Positions 10,094-19,679 of a stretch of DNA of 64,000 nucleotides are shown here, piece by piece. The DNA is from an uncultured virus (IMG/VR IMGVR_UViG_2061766007_000135) (taxonomy: Duplodnaviria > Heunggongvirae > Uroviricota > Caudoviricetes). Both the position numbers and the translations under genes were made by a program. The DNA lies in IMG/VR virus record IMGVR_UViG_2061766007_000135, one strand, 5' to 3'. The notes under the pieces are model-generated. The model saw only the letters and a list, made by a program, of their open reading frames with translations. It ran no database searches and was not told where the DNA came from. How positions within the stretch are numbered: the stretch's first letter is position 1; each line of letters opens with the position of its first letter.

Positions 10094-11152
10094 ATGGGCA
10101 GCTTTACCAATAAGGAACGAGCAATATATGAGAATATTTGCCATTTGAATGAGCGAAGTGTCTTAGCTTATATGAAAGATTTGCTCACTTCTAAATATGG
10201 CAAAGAATCAGTAATTGCAACACACGCTTACGTAGTAGCTATTGGTGATATTCCTGTAGCACTAGTAGCGCACGCAGATACTGTTTTTAAAACCGTTCCA
10301 CGACTAGAAAAGTTCTTTTATGACCAAGAGGCTGATGTTATTTGGAATCCTGATGGCGCAGGGGCAGATGATAGAGCTGGTATATATAGTATCTCTTACA
10401 TTCTGCGTAAAACTAAATTGCGCCCACATATTATAATTACCACTGGTGAAGAATCAGGTTGCATTGGCGCAAGTAAATTAGCACTTTCAATGCACACTTT
10501 TCCTGCTGATTTACGATTTATGATTCAGTTGGATCGTCGTGGAGAAAAGGATAGTGTATATTATGACTTGGAGTCCCCCGATTTTGAAGAGTTTATCAAT
10601 AGCTATGGATTTGAAACAGATTGGGGCACCTTCACTGATATTAGTGTTTTAGCGCCAGCTTGGAAAATTGCGGCAGTTAATTTTTCAATCGGGTATACTA
10701 GTGAGCATAGTCAAATTGAACATTTGAATGTTCTATGGATGTATAACACAATTCATAAAACCATTCATATCCTTCAAGAGGTTAATGCTGACACTCCTAA
10801 GTTTGCTTATAAGGAAAAGCCTTATTCTTTAAGCTACTATAATCATTCAGCCTGGTATGATTATGACCCAGATTTTGTTTTACCAGATGGGCATTGCCAT
10901 TGCATGATGTGCAACACCGTCGAAAAACAGGCAGATATGTTGCCTATCTGGTATCCGCATGGCGTGCAACCTTATCATATCTGTCTCGAATGTTACAGCG
11001 GTTTAATCAATAGAATAGTGTGGTGTAAGACCTGTGGGAAGGGTATATTCCTATCTCAAGAAGAAGCAAGCAAAATTAAAGATGTTAATAACTGGACATG
11101 CGAGGAATGCAAGAAAAATGACACTAGATCAGAAGCTGCAAGAGCAATTTAA
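10094..11152 (+). CDS. M28/M20-like zinc metallopeptidase with C-terminal zinc fingers
   Basis: AHADTV, GADDRAG, GEESG, LDRRG, EHS motifs. Confidence 0.8.
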   Translation: MGSFTNKERAIYENICHLNERSVLAYMKDLLTSKYGKESVIATHAYVVAIGDIPVALVAHADTVFKTVPRLEKFFYDQEADVIWNPDGAGADDRAGIYSISYILRKTKLRPHIIITTGEESGCIGASKLALSMHTFPADLRFMIQLDRRGEKDSVYYDLESPDFEEFINSYGFETDWGTFTDISVLAPAWKIAAVNFSIGYTSEHSQIEHLNVLWMYNTIHKTIHILQEVNADTPKFAYKEKPYSLSYYNHSAWYDYDPDFVLPDGHCHCMMCNTVEKQADMLPIWYPHGVQPYHICLECYSGLINRIVWCKTCGKGIFLSQEEASKIKDVNNWTCEECKKNDTRSEAARAI

Positions 11153-12299
11153 TCAAGTACTAGAATATAGTCAGGGTTATGATACACACTATCATACTGA
11201 TCAACTTTTTGCCGCTTGGCGTGAACATAAACAGCGTTTTCTTGATTCAATGGGTGGTCCCATTTATGAGATGGAACAGCCTGTTACTTTTGAACTAGAT
11301 TATGCGGCACGTCTTGAAAAGGTTGATGAGTTTATTGAATGGGTTGGTCGCTCATATGGCGATCGTATGTGGAATTTTTTCAAGCAAAATTATGATGGCA
11401 TTTTAGAGAATAAATTGGTTTATCCCTGCGGAGATTTTCCAAGTGGCATGAAATTGTCTAAAGTGCTTATGAAAGAATTTGGTCTTGAGGCTGAAGATGT
11501 GCGACAGAAGCTAGCTATGCTTATTCAGTCTAATAAAATTAATGGTAAGTTATGTCTTTCTGTGCATCCTCTTGATTATCTGTCTGCATCTGAGAATACT
11601 CATGGTTGGCGCAGTTGTCATGCTTTGGATGGAGAATATCGAGCTGGTAATTTGAGCTATATGGTCGATAATGTTACTATTATGGCCTATTTGAAAAGTG
11701 AATCTGATAGTGTATTACCACGTTTTCCCTTCCCTTGGTCAGATAAAAAATGGCGTTGCTATTTTTACTGTGATCAAAATAATAAAGTTGTTTATGCGGG
11801 CCGTCAGTATCCTTTTCATAGTAATACTGCATTGGAATACGTAACTCAACTTTTGAAAAAGTTTCAATTTTTTGATCCAGATTATACTGGCCGTATTGAT
11901 TGGTATAATGGACGTATAGTACATTTTATTCACGCTGGTATTCGTGGTAATACAAACATTAATGATACGACGTGTTATTTCAATAGCACTAAAGTTATTT
12001 GCGGCAATACCGATGAAGAGCGTCGTATAGTACCAATGAAGCATTTTGTCACGACTCATCCTGAAGCATTTTGTTTTAATGATCTGATTGATAGTCATGT
12101 ATATGCTCCTTGGATTTTGACTTATGATTCTTATAATGAGTATTTGCCTACCTCGGTAAGTCAGAAGTTAATTGTTGGTGCGCCATTTAATTGTCTGCGT
12201 TGTAATGAGGCGCTCCCTTGCGATAGTGACACATTTTTTTGTGAATCTTGCCGCGATCATTTAAACGGAGACGATGAAGATAAACATCCTTGGGATTGA
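11118..12299 (+). CDS. phage protein with LSVHPLDY motif (paralog of 6880-8634)
   Basis: GKLCLSVHPLDYLSASEN.HGWRSC...KKWR...RQYP. Confidence 0.8.
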   Translation: MTLDQKLQEQFNQVLEYSQGYDTHYHTDQLFAAWREHKQRFLDSMGGPIYEMEQPVTFELDYAARLEKVDEFIEWVGRSYGDRMWNFFKQNYDGILENKLVYPCGDFPSGMKLSKVLMKEFGLEAEDVRQKLAMLIQSNKINGKLCLSVHPLDYLSASENTHGWRSCHALDGEYRAGNLSYMVDNVTIMAYLKSESDSVLPRFPFPWSDKKWRCYFYCDQNNKVVYAGRQYPFHSNTALEYVTQLLKKFQFFDPDYTGRIDWYNGRIVHFIHAGIRGNTNINDTTCYFNSTKVICGNTDEERRIVPMKHFVTTHPEAFCFNDLIDSHVYAPWILTYDSYNEYLPTSVSQKLIVGAPFNCLRCNEALPCDSDTFFCESCRDHLNGDDEDKHPWD

Positions 12300-12356
12300 C
12301 TTTTTAAGAAAAATAAGTTATAATAATGGTAGAAAATAAAGAAAGGAAATAAGTGT

Positions 12357-12659
12357 ATGGCGAAGGGTACTCAGGCAAAAGATGCATTGATGAAACGTTT
12401 TATTACTGCTGTAGGCAATGATTATTGCGGCCAGGAGGGCAAAGATTATTATTTCTGGAGCACGGAGAATGGTGAGCGTGTTCAGATTAAGATAAGTCTT
12501 ACTTGCCCTAAGACACCTGTTCAGTTCAATGGCAATGGCGGCGATCTGAATTTTGAGGATGAAGACACGTTGCCGAATGTGGCAAATATGAATCCAACGG
12601 CTATGTCTGAAGATGAAAAAGCAACTTTGGATCGTTTGATGAAAGAACTGGATCTATGA
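12357..12659 (+). CDS. hypothetical protein
   Basis: Promoter and SD upstream. Confidence 0.7.
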   Translation: MAKGTQAKDALMKRFITAVGNDYCGQEGKDYYFWSTENGERVQIKISLTCPKTPVQFNGNGGDLNFEDEDTLPNVANMNPTAMSEDEKATLDRLMKELDL

Positions 12660-13012
12660 ACATAAAAATGCTCCCCAATGGTAATGTCGTAGCTAATATT
12701 CCTGAATTGGATTTAAAGCCACGAACTACAAATGATATTGTATATGGACAATATTTTGGTTTAACCGCAGAGGAGTATGATAAATATGTAAAGTGGTGTC
12801 GTGAAATTGGGGCAGATAAATATGCTGGCGCAATTGGTGGCGATACCACTTTTCATATTACTCCAACCTCAATAGGAGAAATTATTACTGTTACTTGTCG
12901 TCGTGTAGCACGAGACATTAATGGTAAGCCAATCGAAAAGCGTAAGAGCCGCACAGGACAGAAACGGTATAAAATGCGCACATATAAATGTGTATTAAGA
13001 GATATATGGTAA
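12656..13012 (+). CDS. hypothetical protein
   Basis: ATGA overlap with the previous gene. Confidence 0.65.
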   Translation: MNIKMLPNGNVVANIPELDLKPRTTNDIVYGQYFGLTAEEYDKYVKWCREIGADKYAGAIGGDTTFHITPTSIGEIITVTCRRVARDINGKPIEKRKSRTGQKRYKMRTYKCVLRDIW

Positions 13013-13260
13013 CAGAAAATAAAGATATTGAAATTCTTATTAAACCTAAGACATTTGAGACGGAAGCAGAAATCACTTTTAAAAGCCGTATGGAGCCAAG
13101 AATTAAATTGATGCTTGGTTCTATTGATGCCGCAGATTTGATTGAGGATATTCTAAGTAAATTTCCACTTTATGACGCAGAAATGCAAACTTTGATTCTA
13201 TCTTATTTAAAAAATTTCTTTAAAGACTGTGGAATGAAGGTTGTGGAGGTACAAAAATGA
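13006..13260 (+). CDS. hypothetical protein
   Basis: Overlapping, co-oriented ORF. Confidence 0.55.
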   Translation: MVTENKDIEILIKPKTFETEAEITFKSRMEPRIKLMLGSIDAADLIEDILSKFPLYDAEMQTLILSYLKNFFKDCGMKVVEVQK

Positions 13261-13741
13261 GAGTTTGGTTTCAAGGAATGACTTATAAAGAGTATAAACA
13301 GGTGACTCATTGGGAAGAAATGGACCAATATTGGGTAGAACTTCTTGATGATGATGATCATTTGGTCACCGTAATTAATTGGACGCATGTCTTATATATG
13401 GAGCCCATGAGATAATGACATTAGTTGCACCATTTTTGATTTGTAGCTGGTGCATAATTGCTACAGCATTTTATATACAAGTACATTCTAAACTAAACTA
13501 TCAGTCATTTGAAAATCTTAAAAATTTTTGATATAATATTCTTACAAGGTTGAGGAAGAAAAGAACCAAAGAAAGGATGTATCATATGATGTATTCTGCC
13601 GATACGCATTACAACTATTGGACATATGATTCTCAGATCCGGTTCTCGCAGGCCAAAATTTCTTATGAGGATATTGAAGAAGAAGAAACAGAAGAAGAGC
13701 GCAATCCTTATATGGACTAATGGGGTTAAATCCCCATTCAT

Positions 13742-13818
13742 CGTTCCCTAGCTCAGGCGGTTAGAGCAGTGGTCTTATAAACCAAAGGTCCTCGGTTCGA
13801 GTCCGAGGGGAACGACCA
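13742..13818 (+). tRNA. tRNA-Ile(UAU)
   Basis: Cloverleaf, anticodon loop CT-TAT-AA, CCA end. Confidence 0.9.
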
Positions 13819-13937
13819 AAAGTACAAGTCACTTGAAAATCTTAAAAATTTTTGATATAATATTCTTGTAAGGTTGAGAAAGGACAAAAGCGCTTCAAAA
13901 GTGTTTGAGAATTTTCAAAAACCATACAACAATATAT

Positions 13938-14044
13938 GGGGTGTGATGCTGCATCGGGGTAGCAGCTGCGGTAAACCGAAAGGTGATTACAGTAGGGCCT
14001 TGCAAAAATGCCTGAGTGGAGTTCAAATCTCCCACATTCCACCA
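13938..14044 (+). tRNA. atypical 107-nt tRNA-like RNA (possible GCA or TGC anticodon)
   Basis: GGGGTGTG/CACATTCC acceptor, GGAG-TTCAAAT-CTCC T arm, ACCA end, extra hairpin insert. Confidence 0.55.
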
Positions 14045-14087
14045 TCCGTCTGAGTGCGGGACGACGTTAATCACAGCCGCACGTTAT

Positions 14088-14163
14088 GCCGATATAGCTC
14101 AGTTGGTAGAGTACGTCCTTGGTAAGGATGGGGTCACCAGTTCAAGTCTGGTTATCGGCTCCA
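14088..14163 (+). tRNA. tRNA-Thr(GGU)
   Basis: Cloverleaf, CCA. Confidence 0.95.
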
Positions 14164-14441
14164 CTACTCCTGGATGGTAGGGAGTATAATCAACAAGCCT
14201 TACAGCGTGCCGACTGTACAAGACTGGCAACACGCCTGACTCGGGCCGTTCAAGAGGGGACAAGGAACCCAGTCGCCAGAGTATTTTAAACCGAGTGTCT
14301 GGAGCGGAACTACACATCTTCAGCCGAAACGCACAAAAACTTGCGCCAAGTGTAGTGGTAGCTATTGGTGCAGCCTATAGACCAATAGGTAGAAGCAAGT
14401 TGCTGGATTTACATCCCTGCGGTTTGCCAGCATCTTTTTAT

Positions 14442-14781
14442 GGGGTAGTAAAAGGTTTCGACAGGTCGTGAAGAGTATTAAGAACGCGGGTAGGCGGCGC
14501 ACCTTACGCAGCAATCAAAAGAAACGATAACTACGATTATCTTCCTGCCGTAGCCTGATTAGGCTGGCATCCTAAACAGTGGGCTTCCTGGTCGGTGACC
14601 ACTTGCGGATCAGAGAATGAACCAGGAATAAGTTTCCTATTTCTTACAAAAATAGGTGGTGGAGGCTCGTGCAACCAAGTGCGGCCCTGGTTGCTGGATA
14701 CCTTAAATCCAGCTATCGCGTAAGTAATTCTTAGTATGTTTTGCGGTTTGGACAGGGGTTCGACCCCCCTCTACTCCACCA
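14442..14781 (+). ncRNA. ssrA: tmRNA
   Basis: 5' GGGGTAGTAAAAGGTTTCGAC, 3' GACAGGGGTTCGACCCCCCTCTACTCCACCA, G3-U70, tag frame ...DNYDYLPAVA-TGA. Confidence 0.92.
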
Positions 14782-14784
14782 TAT

Positions 14785-14859
14785 GGGTTGATAGTGATAA
14801 TGGTAGCACATCTGCTTAGCATGCAGAAAGTCGGAGTTCAATTCTCCGTCGATCCACCA
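14785..14859 (+). tRNA. tRNA-Ala(AGC)
   Basis: G3-U70, loop TT-AGC-AT, CCA. Confidence 0.88.
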
Positions 14860-14964
14860 ATAGTCCTCGTAAGGCTTGAAGTTACGACGAGGTGGCGGCC
14901 GCGTAAAAACCGCTATGATATTGAATAGTAAGCCCTATCATTCATATGAAAAGGAGCGGCCAAT

Positions 14965-15195
14965 ATGACAAAACAACAGAAATTGGAAAAAATGTTGATG
15001 TGTGTGCAGGCCATAGAAAAAGGAATCAAAAAAGATTATGAGTATCAGAACAATGCGGCAAAGCGTACTGATGGTACTGCAGATTGGTTTGCTGCCGCAG
15101 CTTATTTCTCGGATCTGATTGGTGAGAAGGTTAATTGCAATGATTTTGTCACGCTCTTCTCCCATACAAATTTCGCTAATGCGAAAGTCACTTGA
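14965..15195 (+). CDS. hypothetical protein
   Basis: SD AAGGAG. Confidence 0.65.
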   Translation: MTKQQKLEKMLMCVQAIEKGIKKDYEYQNNAAKRTDGTADWFAAAAYFSDLIGEKVNCNDFVTLFSHTNFANAKVT

Positions 15196-15420
15196 AAACT
15201 TTAAAAATTTTTGATATTATATATAAGGAAGATGAGGGAAGGACAAAAGTCCCCAACAAAATCTTCAGATTTTCAAAGATAAAACAGATGGGGCGACGCC
15301 CTGAAAGCTGAGGCTAGTAAGCCGAGTACGTGAACTGCAGTAAATCGTACAAAAGTGAGTAAGGAAACGGAGCTGGCGTCCACTGGCGAAGTGGCTAAAC
15401 GCTAACCATATGTACTTTAT

Positions 15421-15496
15421 GCGCCATTGGCTCAGTTGGTAGAGCAACTGACTCTTAATCAGTGGGTCCAGGGTTCGAGTCCCTGATGGCGCACCA
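15421..15496 (+). tRNA. tRNA-Lys(CUU)
   Basis: Cloverleaf, CCA. Confidence 0.95.
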
Positions 15497-15666
15497 ATAC
15501 CGGATGCTAAGCGGTTATAATACTTGGCGACGTAGAAGTGGCCGCCGCTCGCCATCAAATGCGGTAGTCCCTTACAGTTTGCTGCCATCCCAGTTAGGAC
15601 TTTAAACTGAACTGTTGTAAGACCAGGTGGGGTTAGCGCACCCTTCTGTAAACAAAAGCGCAATAT

Positions 15667-15742
15667 GCGGGGTTAGCTCAGTTGGGAGAGCATCTGCCTT
15701 ACAAGCAGAGGGTCGGCGGTTCGAGCCCGTCACTCCGCACCA
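15667..15742 (+). tRNA. tRNA-Val(UAC)
   Basis: Cloverleaf, CCA. Confidence 0.95.
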
Positions 15743-15834
15743 CACGGGCGGGAAGCTCAAAGGTGCGTAGATGGCCAATGCGGCCGTGAGAGTAAAAGCC
15801 AGCGCAAGAACCCGTAGGCAACCCGTGACCATAT

Positions 15835-15909
15835 GCCGGTGTAGCTCAGTGGTAGAGCAACGGACTCATACCCCGTAGGTCGGTGGTTCAACCCCACCCG
15901 CCGGTACCA
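15835..15909 (+). tRNA. tRNA(CAU), elongator Met or Ile2
   Basis: Loop CT-CAT-AC, CCA. Confidence 0.85.
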
Positions 15910-16089
15910 GGCCAATGTAGCTATCGAGAAGGCTTCGGAGATGTTCAATAGGTTAAGCTCCAGAAATCAAACCTGTAGGGATTAGGATAACCGTTGCTAC
16001 GCGGGAAATCTCCCATTCGTAAGTAGAAGGCGCGGCAGTACAGCGCCCCGTAAGGACAAAACCATTACAATATTCTACTTATTTTATAT

Positions 16090-16175
16090 GCGTCGGTATG
16101 CCTAGCGGCGAGGGCAAGGGACTGTAAATCCCCCACTGAGTAACACCGTTGGTTCGATTCCAACCCGGCGCACCA
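16090..16175 (+). tRNA. tRNA-Tyr(GUA)
   Basis: Long variable region, CCA. Confidence 0.9.
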
Positions 16176-16326
16176 TGACGAGGATTGGAGCAACGTCAAA
16201 AAATAAAGCCCCCAAGATGTTTTCCGGTATCAGAACATAACCGGCATAGAGCAGAAGGGTTAGTGGTGGTTTGTATAATAACCAGGCATGGAAATCTGCG
16301 GAAGTGCGAAAAACCACTATTTTTAT

Positions 16327-16401
16327 GCGCGTGTAGCCTAGAGGTAAGGCAACAGACTTTTAATCTGTGTACCGCGGGTTCGATTCCCGCCACGCGCACC
16401 A
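16327..16401 (+). tRNA. tRNA-Lys(UUU)
   Basis: Cloverleaf, CCA. Confidence 0.92.
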
Positions 16402-16404
16402 GAT

Positions 16405-16479
16405 GCTATGGATGCACGTCGGCCGGGCACAAGTCTGCAAAACTTGCGTTAGTGGGTTCAACTCCCACCCATAGCTCCA
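16405..16479 (+). tRNA. tRNA-Cys(GCA)
   Basis: U73, loop CT-GCA-AA, CCA. Confidence 0.9.
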
Positions 16480-16482
16480 TAT

Positions 16483-16556
16483 AGGAGTCTGGTGTAATGG
16501 TAGCATGTCGGTCTCCAAAACCGTTGGTCGGGGTTCAAATCCCTGGACTCCTGCCA
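16483..16556 (+). tRNA. tRNA-Trp(CCA)
   Basis: Cloverleaf, G73, CCA. Confidence 0.93.
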
Positions 16557-16575
16557 TAATAAAGGAGTATGATAT

Positions 16576-17721
16576 ATGGGAATGAATATTGTTAACTCTG
16601 GAAGCCGTTTCCAAGTTTACGGTGAAGATGTTAAAACATTCCGTAATTTGCCTGTGGGCTCTTACAATGTTGAATTTCACAAGATGATGGGTTTCTTCCT
16701 GACAGAACGTCATGATCTTGTGGTAACTGAAGATAAAATCTATGGTAATAGTGATTATAAGGTCGAGAAAGTAATGCGGTCATATGCACTTTCCGATCGT
16801 AATTTTGGTGTACTTCTCTCTGGTCAGAAGGGTATTGGTAAAAGTCTTTTTGTGCGTCTAGTTGCGCAAAAGGCGATTGCTAGTCAGCTCCCTGTGATTG
16901 TTGTGAGTTCTGCTATCCCTGGATTAGCGGATTTCATTTCTTCGATTGAGCAGGATTGCGTAGTTGTTTTCGACGAGTTTGAAAAAACTTTCGCAAAACA
17001 AGAAGATTGGAATCCACAAGATGAAATGCTATCTTTGTTCGATGGCATTGATGGCGGACATAAATTGTTCATTGTTACTTGTAACAAATTGGAAGATTTG
17101 AGCCAGTATATGCTTAACCGCCCTGGCCGCTTCCATTATCATTTCACGATGACTCCGCCTTCTCAAGATGAAGTGCGCGAATACCTTGAAGATAAAGTGG
17201 ATCCTGAATATCAAGGTGCTATCAATGACGTAGTAAATCTTGCTGGCGTAATTGATATGCCATATGATTTCTTGCGAGCTATTGCTTTTGAATTGAATCA
17301 AGGCTATGGCTTGAAAGAAGCAATGTCTGATCTGAATATCACTCGTGTCAACAGTATGAAGTTCGACATTAAGGTGTATCTCACTAATGGATTGTGCTTC
17401 GAAGCTTGGAGTGAACGAATCAACCTTAGTGATCATGATCTTCATTGGGTTCGTGTAAAGCGGTATCGTGATCGTGATAATAAGAATGATAACCTTCCGC
17501 TTGAATTGAGTATTCAGTTTGTTCCTGCTTTGGCTCATATGGTAGGAAGTGAATACATCATCAATGAACGGATTGTTTATCCGAAATGGGATTCTGATGA
17601 TTTTTTCGATGTATCTGATGAAGAAGCAAAGCAACTTGCAGACATCATGAATAAACAGCGCATCGAACGTATTGTACTTACAAAGGTGGCGGACTACGGT
17701 CCAGCAAGATACTTGGTATGA
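16576..17721 (+). CDS. AAA+ ATPase
   Basis: Walker A GQKGIGKS, Walker B VVVFDEFEK, NRPGR. Confidence 0.9.
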   Translation: MGMNIVNSGSRFQVYGEDVKTFRNLPVGSYNVEFHKMMGFFLTERHDLVVTEDKIYGNSDYKVEKVMRSYALSDRNFGVLLSGQKGIGKSLFVRLVAQKAIASQLPVIVVSSAIPGLADFISSIEQDCVVVFDEFEKTFAKQEDWNPQDEMLSLFDGIDGGHKLFIVTCNKLEDLSQYMLNRPGRFHYHFTMTPPSQDEVREYLEDKVDPEYQGAINDVVNLAGVIDMPYDFLRAIAFELNQGYGLKEAMSDLNITRVNSMKFDIKVYLTNGLCFEAWSERINLSDHDLHWVRVKRYRDRDNKNDNLPLELSIQFVPALAHMVGSEYIINERIVYPKWDSDDFFDVSDEEAKQLADIMNKQRIERIVLTKVADYGPARYLV

Positions 17722-18185
17722 GAATTTATACAAGCTACTTTTATCAAGTTCGATTTTTCCCTCAAAATCTTATTCCATTGTCTACGGCTATCTATGATCC
17801 TAAATGGTTTCACGCAAACCAAAGTCAAGCGTATCAATATGAAGATGGCCGTGGTGTAATCAATGGAATTCGAGCTGAGATTTTTAATCCTCATAATAGT
17901 GATTGTCGCGGTCCTGAGTGTTGTACTCAGGACCCGAGTTTGGGACGTTGTAGTTTTCTATTGAAATATAAAATTCAACTTAATGAATTAGATTTTCAGC
18001 TGGTGATGCAACGCTTTGAAAATTTACGGCAAACTTTAATTCAACGTAAAGGTTTTAATGATGTTAATTTTGCCCTTTTGGTGCATGAAGCTCCATACAA
18101 TCCTTGTAGTGAACGAGTGGTTATACAAGAGTGGTTCGCCGATAACGGTATACAAGTAACCGAGTGGTCACGAGAGTTAATTTGA
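17718..18185 (+). CDS. DUF488-like protein
   Basis: IYTSYF...LLVHEAP..PCSERVVIQEWF. Confidence 0.6.
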   Translation: MRIYTSYFYQVRFFPQNLIPLSTAIYDPKWFHANQSQAYQYEDGRGVINGIRAEIFNPHNSDCRGPECCTQDPSLGRCSFLLKYKIQLNELDFQLVMQRFENLRQTLIQRKGFNDVNFALLVHEAPYNPCSERVVIQEWFADNGIQVTEWSRELI

Positions 18186-18247
18186 AAATCTTAAAAAAAT
18201 TTGATATAATATTCTTACAAGGTTNNNNNNNNNNGGAGAAAAAACAA

Positions 18248-18469
18248 ATGCTCAATATCCTGTCTGTAGAACCGGGGCATAAAGTCACAGGCAAACAGAT
18301 CAACGATTGGTGCGCTGAACAGATCGCAACTAATGGATCTCATTTTGATGAAGCGCTCAAGTTTATTGATAAGAATTATCAGGATGAAACAATTTATGAG
18401 GCAATTCGCACTGAACTTCATTCTGGACATAACGCACCGAAGGTCTTAACCTTTAGAAAGGTCATTTGA
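18248..18469 (+). CDS. hypothetical protein
   Basis: Early promoter and GGAG SD (N gap upstream). Confidence 0.6.
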   Translation: MLNILSVEPGHKVTGKQINDWCAEQIATNGSHFDEALKFIDKNYQDETIYEAIRTELHSGHNAPKVLTFRKVI

Positions 18470-18872
18470 AAATCTTAAAAAAATTTGATATAATATTCTT
18501 GTAAGGTTGAGAGAGAGAAAGGAGCTGCTTCAAATGCCTGATGATTTCCTGATGAACGAATCCTATGATGCTTGGGATGAAGAGTTCGACAATGAAATGG
18601 CAGCCTGGGATGAATATTGTAAGGAACTGGCTGAAGAGAGCGGCGACTTGAAAAACTAAAAAAAATATGATATAATATTTAAGGAGAAGGAAAACTCCTC
18701 AAAAAACCCTGACCCAAGGAGCACAGAGGCCACGAAAAAAATATCAGCTCAACTCAAACTACGACAATGAGTATAAAAAATAGTTCAAGTCGCTTGGGTC
18801 CCGCGGCCAAGTAAAAGACACGTGGGGTCGAAGGAAGTGGCGCTGAGGATCGCCATTAAAATCCTCAGATAT

Positions 18873-18948
18873 GACCCGCTGGTCTAGTGGTTAGGACGGT
18901 TGCTTCTCCAGCAGCAAAGTTCGAGTTCAAATCTCGGGCGGGCCACCA
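18873..18948 (+). tRNA. tRNA-Glu(CUC), atypical (C37, A2-C71 mismatch)
   Basis: Cloverleaf, CCA. Confidence 0.75.
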
Positions 18949-19141
18949 ACGGAGAAAAGACTTTAGAAAAGTCGGTGCCACTCCTAAACTGGCAGAACAA
19001 AAATTCTTTGGTTCTCTTGAGTGCAGGGTCACACCCGTGGTAGCAGTGGTCCCGCAAGGAAGGCGACTTGCATACAAGTTCCGCGCTGCAGTTGTAAGAA
19101 CCACCAAGAGAACTTCCTATGGTATGCACATAGGTGATTAT

Positions 19142-19217
19142 GACGCGCTAGTCAAATGGTTAAGACGGTTGCCTCTCAAGCAACAGACCGTAGGTTCGAA
19201 TCCTCGGCGCGCCACCA
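19142..19217 (+). tRNA. tRNA-Glu(CUC), second copy
   Basis: Loop CT-CTC-AA, A2-C71 mismatch, CCA. Confidence 0.8.
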
Positions 19218-19593
19218 AGACCTAGGTATTCGTTTGGCAGCTACGCTTGGCTAGAGGTCGGTAAATAAAAGGCAAGGCAGTAACTGTCTCCGCTAGGGAG
19301 ATGTCCTTAGACAGTTTGGGGAGATTGCCCGATTAGATCCTCACCCCACAGTTCTGAAAAAACTGATACAAAGAAGTCTCTAATTGCGGATGCTCCTAAG
19401 TAGAGAGCTGGTTCGTGAGCAGGTGAGACTCCTGCCGAAGACAAATAAAAGGCTTACTTGCGCAAGGGGTTTGTAGGCTGATCCTCCTTTTGAGGGAAAA
19501 ACCTTCAAGTTCTTTTTGGACACAATTACGAACGACTTGAAAATCTTAAAAAAATTTGATATAATATTCTTACAAGGTTGAGAAAAGCAATAA

Positions 19594-19669
19594 TGCGGGA
19601 TGGACCAGTGGTTAAGTCATTTGCCTCATAAGCAAAAAATCGTCGGTTCAAATCCGACTCCCGCGACCA
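19594..19669 (+). tRNA. tRNA-Met(CAU), initiator-like body
   Basis: fMet-like acceptor/T arm, U1-G72, but TTTGC/GCAAA anticodon stem. Confidence 0.85.
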
Positions 19670-19679
19670 GTGTTATTCA

